Part shown: one piece after another, positions 1 to 8,630 of the stretch
Layout: each line of letters begins with the position of its first letter
Numbering within the stretch: position 1 is the first letter of the stretch
Assembly (NCBI GenBank): GCA_038236775.1
Contig: JBBRZK010000013.1
Coordinates: 148-64,147 of the forward strand
Origin: Gemmatimonadales bacterium
Lineage (GTDB): Bacteria > Gemmatimonadota > Gemmatimonadetes > Gemmatimonadales > Gemmatimonadaceae
DNA: 64,000 nt
Direction: 5' to 3'
Notes under the pieces: model-generated
Seen by the model: the letters and a program-made list of their open reading frames with translations, nothing else
Database searches by the model: none
Told to the model about the DNA's origin: nothing
Position numbers and translations under genes: made by a program

Positions 1-1
1 G

Positions 2-121
2 TTGCGGCGCGTGATGGAGTCGCAGGGGTTCACGGTGCTGCCGGCGGAGTGGTGGCACTTCGACTACGCGGACTGGAAGTCGTACGCCATCGGCAACGTG
101 CCCTTCGAGCGAATTCCGTAG
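2..121 (+). CDS. D-alanyl-D-alanine dipeptidase (VanX/DdpX family), C-terminal fragment entering from the left edge
   Basis: Frame-2 translation is LRRVMESQGFTVLPAEWWHFDYADWKSYAIGNVPFERIP*. The EWWHFD motif and the tail are typical of the VanX/DdpX C-terminus. Confidence 0.55.
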   Translation: MRRVMESQGFTVLPAEWWHFDYADWKSYAIGNVPFERIP

Positions 122-131
122 CGGCGGCGTC

Positions 132-554
132 CTACGCTTTCGTCTCCGGCTCGCAGGCGCCCGTGGATGGCAGCGGCTTCACCTCGAGGATCTCGGTGAC
201 GAGCATGTAGCGCGTGCCGCGGCCCATCATGCCGGACGGCATCCGTGGTCCCACGGTGCCGCGCCACCGCAGGGCCAGACCGTCGGTGGACGGCTGCTTC
301 AGCACGGCGAGCAGGCTGTCGCGCTGGAGGAGCGCCTGGTCGGTGAGGGTCACCCACCACATCGCGTCGTCCGCGGGAGCGGCGCAGGGGACGAACCAGC
401 TCTGCTCGAACCCGCGCTGGTACGCGCCGCGGAACTCGCGCACGAGCGAGTCGCGTGGTGGCCTGGCGGATGGAGCAGCCTGCGCCCCCGCCACGTGCGA
501 GAAGGTGGCCAGTGCTCCGATGAGCGCGGCGGAAAAGGCGGGCAGGCGTTCCAT
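132..554 (-). CDS. hypothetical secreted protein
   Basis: ORF 132..668. The internal Met at 554 gives a signal-peptide-like MERLPAFSAALIGALATFSHVAGAQA. Third-position GC is high. No family recognised. Confidence 0.45.
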   Translation of the reverse strand: MERLPAFSAALIGALATFSHVAGAQAAPSARPPRDSLVREFRGAYQRGFEQSWFVPCAAPADDAMWWVTLTDQALLQRDSLLAVLKQPSTDGLALRWRGTVGPRMPSGMMGRGTRYMLVTEILEVKPLPSTGACEPETKA

Positions 555-768
555 TACTGATCGTACACAGCCCCGGCGCGACGGTTCCGCCTGCGTCGGC
601 GAGAACACACATGCGGTGAGAGCGAATCCGTGCACGACACCGCGCCGCAGCGCGCGAGCGCGCTTCACGCATCTGCCGATCGCTCATGATCCAGGGTAGC
701 CGCAACGGCCGGACACCTGTACGTTGCGGCCGCACTATTCACGGTCTCGTGCGTCCGCCGAGTGACGG

Positions 769-1827
769 ATGCTGCCCTCCCCAATCCACGCGTCAGTGAC
801 CACACCTCGAGGAAGTGCGCCACGCCGGGCCTGGCTGCGATACGCCTTGGCTGTCACGGTGTGCTCGCTGCCCGTGCGCGCGCGCGCGATCGCGCAGGGC
901 ATTCCCGTTGGCGACGCACCGCCCATCCCGGTTCCCGCGTGGGCGTTCCCGACGACATCGTCGTCGTTTCACGGGCCAGTCCCGCCGTTCGACTCCGTGA
1001 CGAGGCTGCACGTGCCGCACAGCGCAGGCGCGTTCCCGCTTGCGAAGGTCATGAACCACTTTGGCATCGTGGACTGGCGTCCCGACACGCACCCGCGTCC
1101 GCCGGCCATCGTGACGTCCGGGCGTCCGGGCGCGGTGTGGGCCTGCGGCTACTGCCACCAGCCCGATGGTCAGGGACGAACGGAGAACGCCGTGCTCGCG
1201 GGCCTTCCCGCGGACTACATCGTCCGGCAGATCGAGGCCATGCGCGCCCGCTCCCGCGCGAGTGCCGTCGTTGACTGGCCGTTCGCGCTCAACATGCGCC
1301 ACATCGCCGACAGTGTCACTGACGACGAGGCGATGACGGCGGCGCGCTACTTCGCAGCACTGCGCCCCGTGCGGCGCTACCGCGTGGTCGAGCGCGCGCA
1401 GATTCCCGGCACGCACGCCATCGGCGGATTGTACGCCGTCCGTCCGGGGGACCCCGCCGAACCACTCGGCCGCCGCGTGATCGAGGTCGCCGAGGATGCC
1501 GGGCGACACGAGCTGCGCGATCCGGCGGAGACGTTCGTGGCGTGGGTGCCGCCCGGCAGCATCGCCGCGGGACGGCGCATCGCGCACACGCTGGGGAGCG
1601 TGCCCGTGCGCGCCTGCGTGAGCTGCCACGGGCCGGCATTGCGCGGCGTTGGCCTCGTGCCTGGCATCGCGGGGCGCTCACCGTCGTATCTCCTGCGACA
1701 GTTGCTCGCCTTCCACAACGGCACACGTGCGACCCCGGCGAGTGTGCCCATGCAACTCGCCGCGTCGACACTCACGCTGGACGACATGATCGCCGTCGTG
1801 GCCTACGCCGGTTCGCTGCGGCCGTAG
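769..1827 (+). CDS. dihaem c-type cytochrome
   Basis: 352-aa ORF with two CxxCH haem-binding motifs (CGYCH and CVSCH) and a hydrophobic N-terminal segment. Confidence 0.8.
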   Translation: MLPSPIHASVTTPRGSAPRRAWLRYALAVTVCSLPVRARAIAQGIPVGDAPPIPVPAWAFPTTSSSFHGPVPPFDSVTRLHVPHSAGAFPLAKVMNHFGIVDWRPDTHPRPPAIVTSGRPGAVWACGYCHQPDGQGRTENAVLAGLPADYIVRQIEAMRARSRASAVVDWPFALNMRHIADSVTDDEAMTAARYFAALRPVRRYRVVERAQIPGTHAIGGLYAVRPGDPAEPLGRRVIEVAEDAGRHELRDPAETFVAWVPPGSIAAGRRIAHTLGSVPVRACVSCHGPALRGVGLVPGIAGRSPSYLLRQLLAFHNGTRATPASVPMQLAASTLTLDDMIAVVAYAGSLRP

Positions 1828-1904
1828 CCCAGACGGTCGGCAACGCGGCGGTGCTGTCGACGATCAGCGCCTGCTTCAACAGCAGCAGGCGTGCGGAGCG
1901 ACTC

Positions 1905-3431
1905 TCAGTGCAGGCCCACCTGGCCCTTCACCGACGCGAACAGTTTCGCCGAGCCGTAGCCCACGCCGTCCTTGAAGACGGTCTCGATCTTCTCGATGTC
2001 CGCGATGCGCGATGACGGATCGCCGTTCACGAGCAGCAGGTCGGCCCGCTTGCCGGCTGCGATGGACCCCACTCGCGCCGCGCGCCCCAGGTACTGCGCG
2101 CCATTTAGCGTGGCGACACGGATGGCCTCGAGCGGCGTGAGGCCGGCTTCGACGAGCAGTTCCAGCTCGCGCGCAATTGCATACCCGGCGACGACGCCGC
2201 CATAACCCGTCGGGTCCGTGCCGGCGAGCAGCAGGCCGCCGGCCCGGAAAAACGCGAGCTCGAACTGCATCTCCTTCGGGAACAGCGTTGTGTACGGCGA
2301 CGACGACTGGCCGGCGATCTGCATCCAGCGCCGCGTGTATTGCTCGCGTGCCTCGGGCCGCATGGCGTCGAGCGCGCCAGCGGGTGCCTGCGGGCGACCA
2401 GGCGTGAACGTCTCGAACACCGTGAGGGTCGACGTGAGCGCGACGTGATGCGCGACGAGCAGGCGGATCAGGGAGCGGACCTCTGCACCGTTCACGTCGA
2501 CAGCCATCAACGACGCCGGCACGCCGCCGTTCGCTGCGGGACACGCGTCCGGCTGCTTGTCCTTCACGAAGTCGCTCGCCACCATCAGCCCATGCTCGAG
2601 GTTGTCGATGCCGATGTCGGCGGCTTCGCGGAAGGTGATCGAGCACAGGTGCCCGGTGACCTTGAGCCCGCGGCGGTGGGCTTCCTTCACGACCGCCCCG
2701 AGTTCGTCGCGCCGGATGTGCATGTACGCCTTGAACGACGTCGCGCCGCGATCCGCCCAGTGCGCGACCATCTGCGTGGCATCCGCGGGGCCGGTGAGCG
2801 CGTGCACCTGGTAGATGGGCAGGCCGGGTCCGTTGAGGTACGGCGCGGTGACGTCGAGCGCCGGACCCACGGTGCGGCCGCTGTCGATCGCGCGCCTGAG
2901 CTCGAAGTCCGCGTAGCCCGCCATGTTGCCGGCCGTGCGCGCCGTCGTGACCCCGCCGGCGAGGTACAGGCGCGGGAAGCTGAACGCCTGCTCGTTGTAC
3001 ACTGTGCCGCCGCCCGACGGATAAAACATGTGCTCGTGCACCATGACGAGTCCCGGCAGCACCGATCGTCCCGTCGCATCGATCACCGCCGCTCCCTGCG
3101 GGACCGCGACACGCGCCGCATCACCGACGGCGCGGATCACGCCGCCCTCGATGATGAGGGTCTGGTCATCGCGCGGCGCGGCGCCGGTGCCGTCGATCAC
3201 GCGCGCGTGCGTGATGGCCACGACGGGCGCATCGACCGACACGAAAGGCCGCACGTCCGCCGAGCGGGCCGTGCCCTGTGCCGCGAGGGCGCGGGTCATG
3301 GCGCAGAGGATGAAGCCCACGGCTCTCGCGCGCACGAATATTCGGCTCCGCTGGCGGGTCGGCACTGTGGATGGTGGCATGGCGGGCGAACGTACGCCGG
3401 GGAAGCAGTGCGGGCCAGACCACGGCAGCAA
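1905..3431 (-). CDS. amidohydrolase family protein (secreted, prolidase/imidazolonepropionase-like)
   Basis: 508-aa ORF with a signal-like N-terminus. Motifs: VMVHEHMF, GHLCS..EHG and a GKRADLLLVNGDP tail, as in the amidohydrolase superfamily. Start is uncertain (alternative Met at 3380). Confidence 0.8.
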   Translation of the reverse strand: MLPWSGPHCFPGVRSPAMPPSTVPTRQRSRIFVRARAVGFILCAMTRALAAQGTARSADVRPFVSVDAPVVAITHARVIDGTGAAPRDDQTLIIEGGVIRAVGDAARVAVPQGAAVIDATGRSVLPGLVMVHEHMFYPSGGGTVYNEQAFSFPRLYLAGGVTTARTAGNMAGYADFELRRAIDSGRTVGPALDVTAPYLNGPGLPIYQVHALTGPADATQMVAHWADRGATSFKAYMHIRRDELGAVVKEAHRRGLKVTGHLCSITFREAADIGIDNLEHGLMVASDFVKDKQPDACPAANGGVPASLMAVDVNGAEVRSLIRLLVAHHVALTSTLTVFETFTPGRPQAPAGALDAMRPEAREQYTRRWMQIAGQSSSPYTTLFPKEMQFELAFFRAGGLLLAGTDPTGYGGVVAGYAIARELELLVEAGLTPLEAIRVATLNGAQYLGRAARVGSIAAGKRADLLLVNGDPSSRIADIEKIETVFKDGVGYGSAKLFASVKGQVGLH

Positions 3432-3481
3432 GCACTCGCCCGCCGTGGTTCCCGCGCGAAGCTACCCTGCGGCGCGCAATG

Positions 3482-4070
3482 TTACCCGCGCCGGCCCGTC
3501 TGTACGTACTGGGCAGGATCATCGTCGCGCCGGAAGCTCGGTGACACGCTGATGAACACGTTCGCCGCCGGCTTGACGGCTACCTGCGGGTTGAAGCGCA
3601 GCGTGCCGAACCGATCGTGCGCCCCCTTGGCGAAGTCGGTGCGCCAGCTCACCACGGTTGTGCGGCGCTGGTCGGTGGAGATCGAACTGGAGATGAAGTC
3701 GTATCCTGGGTGCATCACCACCGGCCCGCCGCGCGTGAGTGTCTCGTCGAGCGTGGCCGGGACTGTCATACATGCGTGCTCCCACATAGATCGCGTCATC
3801 GTCGAACAGGATGCGCACCTCGGTCCGCTGGCTGGCCGCGGCGCCCTCGGTGGGCTGCGTCTGCCGGAGGGCCGTGATGGGCGTGGCCGCGGCCCACGCG
3901 GCCTCGCCGAGCTGACCATCGACGACGATGGGACCGGATCGCCGTGCGGCCGTCGTGACCAGCGGCGCCGTGGGATGCACCGAGGAGCCTGGTGCCTGGG
4001 CCGCGAGGCATGCGGGCAGGAAAAGCACGAAGGCGAAACGGCAGGTCGTGAACCGGGCGGAGAAGCGCAT
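3482..4070 (-). pseudogene. decayed N-terminal relic of a CBM9/DUF5916-type protein gene (frameshifted and internally deleted)
   Basis: Frame of ORF 3519..4070 gives a signal peptide plus IVVDGQLGEAAWAAATPITALRQTQPTEGAAASQRTEVRILFDDDAIYVGARMYDS. Family-like sequence then continues in the frame of ORF 3482..4105 (DFISSSISTDQRRTTVVSWRTDF ... RFNPQVAVKPAANVFISVSPSF..QYV). The total is under 200 aa. Confidence 0.45.
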
Positions 4071-4249
4071 CGATGCGTTGAAGGGGAGCGATGGCGCGCC
4101 GTCACGCTGACGTTGCAGCGCGGCCGGCGCGGGTTGCCTCGCCCCTACCCGGGCGAACCGGATTCGGTGTCGCGGTTGAAGGCCCCACTTGCGGCCGTTC
4201 CCTGTCGCTCACCATGCTAGGGGTGACTCCAGTGGCCAAGGAAACGGAG

Positions 4250-5146
4250 ATGACGCCCACCGCTCCACTCACGGTTGCCGCCGCGCTTGCGCGAGGCGAG
4301 CGCCCGCGCGACGATGAGCTGGACCTGTTCGGCATCACGCATGCGGGCCTCGTGCGCGCCGACAACCAGGATCATTTCCTCCTCTGCACCGTGCACCCCC
4401 AGGTGGTGGTGCACGCTACCAGCCTGCCACCATCGGCCGAGCTGGCACCACTCGGCCAGCGCCTCGCGACCCTCATGCTCGTGGCCGACGGCGTCGGCGG
4501 CAGCGCAGCGGGCAGCCGTGCCAGCCGCATCGCCACCGAGGCCGTCACGCGCTACGTCGCATCGTCACTCCGCTGTTATCAGTCGTCCGGCACCGCGTCG
4601 GAGGGTGAGTTCGAGGAGACGCTGCTCGCTGCCGCCATCGAGGCACACAACGCCGTGCGCAGCGAAGCTGAGGCCGAGCCCGACGAAGCGGGCATGGCCA
4701 CCACGCTGTCGCTCGGCATCGTCATCTGGCCGTGGATGTACGTGGTGCAGGTGGGCGACAGCCGCTGCTATCTCTTCCAGGACGGCGTGCTCCGCCAGCT
4801 CACGCGCGACCAGACGTTCGCGCAGGAGCTCATCGAGCAGGGTGTGTTCACGCGAGAGGACGCCAAGGCCTCGCCCCTCAATCACATCCTCTCCAGCGCG
4901 CTCGGCGCATCGGAAGCGCTGCCGGAAGTCACGCGCGTGGACGTGCGCACGCGGGGCTGTGTCATCTTCGTGTGCACCGATGGACTCACCAAGCACGTCT
5001 CCGATGCGGAGATCGGCGAGCACCTCGCGTCGATGGTGTCCGCAGAGCAGGTGTGTCACACGCTGCTCGACCTCGCCCTGTCGCGCGGTGGCTCGGACAA
5101 CATCACCTTGGTGGCCGGCCGCGCGCTGGTGCGGCGCGACTCCTGA
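4250..5146 (+). CDS. PP2C-family (PPM) serine/threonine protein phosphatase, paralog 1
   Basis: Lies within ORF 4091..5146. ATG 4250 is preceded by GGAAACGGAG. Motifs: DLFGITHAGLVRADNQDHF, LVADGVGG, QVGDSRCYL, CTDGLTKHV, GGSDNITLV. Confidence 0.85.
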   Translation: MTPTAPLTVAAALARGERPRDDELDLFGITHAGLVRADNQDHFLLCTVHPQVVVHATSLPPSAELAPLGQRLATLMLVADGVGGSAAGSRASRIATEAVTRYVASSLRCYQSSGTASEGEFEETLLAAAIEAHNAVRSEAEAEPDEAGMATTLSLGIVIWPWMYVVQVGDSRCYLFQDGVLRQLTRDQTFAQELIEQGVFTREDAKASPLNHILSSALGASEALPEVTRVDVRTRGCVIFVCTDGLTKHVSDAEIGEHLASMVSAEQVCHTLLDLALSRGGSDNITLVAGRALVRRDS

Positions 5147-5199
5147 CACCGTCCGGTTGGACTGTCCCCCCCGCGCCACCGCCGCTGCGCGTCGGTGAG

Positions 5200-5922
5200 G
5201 TGCTCGTGTGGCGAGCCAGCGTTGCGGCGTTCGCCATTACAGAACCGCGGCTTCGCATCCTGCTCGATGCAGCGGAGCGTGAGCGATGCGAGCACTTCCA
5301 TTTCGAAGCGGATCGCGCGCGTTATGCGATCGCGCACGGGTTGCTCAGGTTGCTCGTCGGGCACTATGTGGGCATCGCCGCGGGCGCGCTCCGTTTTGTC
5401 GAGGGTGAATTCGGCAAGCCGGCACTCGCCGAGGGCACCGCACGCCCGGTGTCATTCAACCTCTCGCACTCCGGTGATGTCGTGCTCATCGCCATCGCGC
5501 ATTCCGGCGCGGTGGGCGTGGACGTGGAACGGTGGAATGACCGGCTCGACACGGAACTGCTGCGCCTGGCGGAGTTCGCCTTCTCCACGGCCGAGCAGGC
5601 GGCCGTGCGCGCGTGTGACGCGATTCAGCGGCGGGCAATGTTCTTCGATGTCTGGGCTCGGAAGGAAGCCTACATCAAGGCGCGCGGGCACTCGGTCGCC
5701 GGCGGCCTCTCGCATTTCGACGTCCCCATCGAGCCAGGTGATGCGAGGCCCGCGATCGATCGATCGCTGCCAGCGGACGACGCGCCGTGGTGGCTGCACG
5801 ACCTCGCCGCCGGCGATGGCTACTCCGCCGCACTCGCGGTCGATCGTCCTGGAGCGCGTGTCGTCGCGCTCGCGGCGTCACCAGCGCTCGTGTCTGTCAT
5901 GACGGTGAGCGCGAACGGCTGA
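5200..5922 (+). CDS. Sfp-type 4'-phosphopantetheinyl transferase
   Basis: 3' half of ORF 4732..5922. Motifs: FNLSHSGD, GVDVE, WARKEAYIKARG. Start placed at in-frame GTG 5200 and is uncertain. Confidence 0.7.
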   Translation: MLVWRASVAAFAITEPRLRILLDAAERERCEHFHFEADRARYAIAHGLLRLLVGHYVGIAAGALRFVEGEFGKPALAEGTARPVSFNLSHSGDVVLIAIAHSGAVGVDVERWNDRLDTELLRLAEFAFSTAEQAAVRACDAIQRRAMFFDVWARKEAYIKARGHSVAGGLSHFDVPIEPGDARPAIDRSLPADDAPWWLHDLAAGDGYSAALAVDRPGARVVALAASPALVSVMTVSANG

Positions 5923-5992
5923 CGCCGCCCGGCGCCGGAGTGCGCGCGTCCCATACATTTCGGACGTCTCCCCAACACGCCACGGTGCCTGC

Positions 5993-7636
5993 ATGCGACG
6001 AATCCTTCCCCTTCTCGCCATTCTCCTTCCACTCGCGCAAGCCGGCGCGCAGGCGCGGACGTATACGCGTGCCGACACGCTGCGCGGCTCGTATGACACG
6101 CCGTCGCGCGCATGGTGGGACGTCACGTTCTACGACCTCCACGTCGCCGTGAGCCCGAGCGATAGCAGCCTTCGCGGGCACAACGGGATCAGCTACCGCG
6201 TGCTCGGCCCCGCACATGAGTTGCAGGTGGACCTCATGGAGCCACTCGTGGTGGACAGCATGGTGCAGGACGGACGCACCGTCTCGTTCCGCCACGAGGG
6301 ACCGGCGTACTTCGCCGCGCTCGATGCGGCGCAGCGCGCGGGCGACGTCAAGACCATCGTCGTCTATTATCATGGCCGGCCCATCATCGCGAAGAATCCG
6401 CCCTGGGACGGCGGCTTCACGTGGGGCCGCGACAGCCTCGGCCGCCCGTGGGACGTCACCACCGACGAGGGCATGGGCGCTTCGGCGTGGTGGCCCAACA
6501 AGGACACCCAGGCCGACGAGCCGGACAGCCAGCGCGTCGCGCTCACCGTCCCCGATCCCATGATCCAGGTAGGCAACGGCCGCTTGCGCAGCACAACGCA
6601 CAACCCCGATGGCACCACGACGTACGAGTGGTTCGTCGTGAACCCGATCAACAACTACGCAATCGCCGTCGCCGCTGGCAGCTACGCGCACTGGTCCGAC
6701 GTCTACGCCGGCGAGAAGGGCAACCTCGCGCTCGATTTCTGGCCCCTCGACTACCACCTCGAGGCGGCGCACCGCCAGTTCCCGCAGGCCATCACCATGC
6801 TGCGCTGCTTCGAGCACTGGTTCGGGCCGTACCCATGGTACGAGGACGGTTACAAGCTCATCGAGGTGTCGAACAACGGCATGGAGCACCAGAGCGCGGT
6901 CGCATACGGGAATCGCTACGCGAACGGCTACCGAGGCCGCGACGCTTCCGGCACTGGGCTCGGCATGAAGTGGGACTTCATCATCGTGCACGAGAGCGCG
7001 CATGAGTGGTTCGGCAACAACATCACCGGCAAGGACGCCGCCGACATGTGGGTGCATGAGAGCTTCGCCAACTATGCCGAGGGGCTCTACACGGAATGCC
7101 TCGATGGAAAGCAGGCGGGGGCGGACTACATCGTCGGTAACCGTCGCGGCATCCGGAATGATCGTCCCATCATCGGTACGTACGGGGTGAATGCGGAAGG
7201 CTCGGGCGACATGTACCCGAAGGGCGGCGAGATGCTGCACACCATCCGCCAGATCGTCGGCGATGACGAGAAGTGGCGCGGCATCCTCCGCGGCCTGAAC
7301 CAGACCTTCTGGCACCAGACGATCATGGGCACGCAGGTCGAGGACTACATCAGCGCGCAGGCGGGCGTGAACCTGTCGAAGGTGTTCGACGAGTACCTGC
7401 GCACGACGATGATTCCCGTGCTCGAATACCGAATCGACGACGGCGCGCTTCACTACCGCTGGACCAACGTGGTGCCGGGCTTCGACATGCAGGTCGCCGT
7501 CACCACCGCGCCGAACGTGATGACCGTCCTGCATCCCACCGAGGCGTGGCAATCGACGCCGGTGTCGGTTCCGGCCGCGGACTTCAAGGTGGACCGTAAC
7601 TATTACGTGACCGCGAAGCAGGTGGCCGAGCGGTGA
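5993..7636 (+). CDS. M1-family zinc metallopeptidase (aminopeptidase N-like), secreted
   Basis: 547 aa with signal peptide MRRILPLLAILLPLAQAGAQA. Gluzincin motif HESAHEWFGN, followed by WVHESFANY. Confidence 0.9.
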   Translation: MRRILPLLAILLPLAQAGAQARTYTRADTLRGSYDTPSRAWWDVTFYDLHVAVSPSDSSLRGHNGISYRVLGPAHELQVDLMEPLVVDSMVQDGRTVSFRHEGPAYFAALDAAQRAGDVKTIVVYYHGRPIIAKNPPWDGGFTWGRDSLGRPWDVTTDEGMGASAWWPNKDTQADEPDSQRVALTVPDPMIQVGNGRLRSTTHNPDGTTTYEWFVVNPINNYAIAVAAGSYAHWSDVYAGEKGNLALDFWPLDYHLEAAHRQFPQAITMLRCFEHWFGPYPWYEDGYKLIEVSNNGMEHQSAVAYGNRYANGYRGRDASGTGLGMKWDFIIVHESAHEWFGNNITGKDAADMWVHESFANYAEGLYTECLDGKQAGADYIVGNRRGIRNDRPIIGTYGVNAEGSGDMYPKGGEMLHTIRQIVGDDEKWRGILRGLNQTFWHQTIMGTQVEDYISAQAGVNLSKVFDEYLRTTMIPVLEYRIDDGALHYRWTNVVPGFDMQVAVTTAPNVMTVLHPTEAWQSTPVSVPAADFKVDRNYYVTAKQVAER

Positions 7637-7728
7637 GCGCGGTGCAGGGCGGCGCTCGGCTGGCGCGCCGCCCTGGACACCGTAGCTTTGGCGGTGCCGT
7701 ACCAGCCTCAGCGCCCCGAGGTCCTCGC

Positions 7729-8598
7729 ATGCGCACGCCCCAGGTCGCCGCCATCGTCGCGGCGAAGCCTCACGACGACGAGATTGATGTCTTCGGACTC
7801 TCGCATCCCGGGAAGGTGCGCGCGCAGAACCAGGACCACTTCCTCCTCGCGTCCGTGCACAAGCGCGTGAGCATCGTGCAGACGAACCTCACCGAACAGC
7901 AGCGCCTGCCCATGGAGGACGAGCGCCTCGCCTTCATCGCCATGGTCGCCGACGGTGTCGGCGGGGCCGAGGGCGGCGAGGAAGCCAGTGCGACGGCGCT
8001 CGAGGTCGCGATGGACTACATGGCGCGCAGCACGGACTGCTATTACCACGACGACGGCAACGACGAGCAGTTCATCACCGCCCTCCAGGCGGCGGCCATG
8101 CGCAGTCACGAGGCGGTGCGCGACCGCGCACGCGTCGTGGCGGGCGGCCGGACCATGGCCACCACGCTCACCCTCTGGATGGGCGTTTGGCCCTTCTACT
8201 ACCTGCTCCAGGTGGGTGACTCCCGCTACTACCTGTTCCGGAAGGGCGAGCTCACGCAGGTCACCCGGGACCAGACCATCGCGCAGGACCTCCTCGACGA
8301 CGGCGTCTTCACGCGCGCGACGGCGGCCCGCTCCCAGTTCGCCAGCGTGCTCTCCAGCGCGCTCGGCAGCGACTCGGCGGTGCCCGTCGTCACGCGCCTG
8401 CGATCGGACTGGGATGCCGTGCACCTCCTGTGCACGGACGGCCTCACCAAGCACGTCCCGGATGAGCGCATCCGGGAACGCCTCGCGTCCATGACGTCGG
8501 CACGGCAGGCCTGCGAGGCACTGCTCACCGACGCGCTGGACGGAGGCGGCACCGATAACATCAGCATCATCGTCGGACGTTCCGTGCACCGCCCCTGA
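7729..8598 (+). CDS. PP2C-family (PPM) serine/threonine protein phosphatase, paralog 2
   Basis: Lies within ORF 7633..8598, starting at ATG 7729. Motifs: DVFGLSHPGKVRAQNQDHF, MVADGVGG, QVGDSRYYL, CTDGLTKHV, GGTDNISII. Colinear with the 4250..5146 product. Confidence 0.85.
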   Translation: MRTPQVAAIVAAKPHDDEIDVFGLSHPGKVRAQNQDHFLLASVHKRVSIVQTNLTEQQRLPMEDERLAFIAMVADGVGGAEGGEEASATALEVAMDYMARSTDCYYHDDGNDEQFITALQAAAMRSHEAVRDRARVVAGGRTMATTLTLWMGVWPFYYLLQVGDSRYYLFRKGELTQVTRDQTIAQDLLDDGVFTRATAARSQFASVLSSALGSDSAVPVVTRLRSDWDAVHLLCTDGLTKHVPDERIRERLASMTSARQACEALLTDALDGGGTDNISIIVGRSVHRP

Positions 8599-8630
8599 CG
8601 CGCCGCTCCCCGCATCCCTCCACACCCCCG

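Noticed and set aside
4091-4249. Upstream extensions of both PP2C ORFs (4091-4249 and 7633-7728) and of the PPTase ORF (4732-5199).
   Set aside because: The extensions are Arg/Pro-rich with no family similarity. They overlap the neighbouring gene or intergenic DNA. Internal starts with better context give proteins that begin where family homology begins.
5897-7552. Very long ORFs opposite or overlapping confidently called genes: 5897-7552(-), 2340-4220(+), 14732-17632(-), 22272-24323(-), 27114-29744(-), 37857-40307(+ part), 40131-41603(-) and 45728-48241(-).
   Set aside because: These are typical high-GC shadow ORFs. Their products are Arg/Ala/Gly/Pro-rich low-complexity sequence with no motifs. 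Third-position GC is poorer than in the overlapping frame, which carries clear family signatures.
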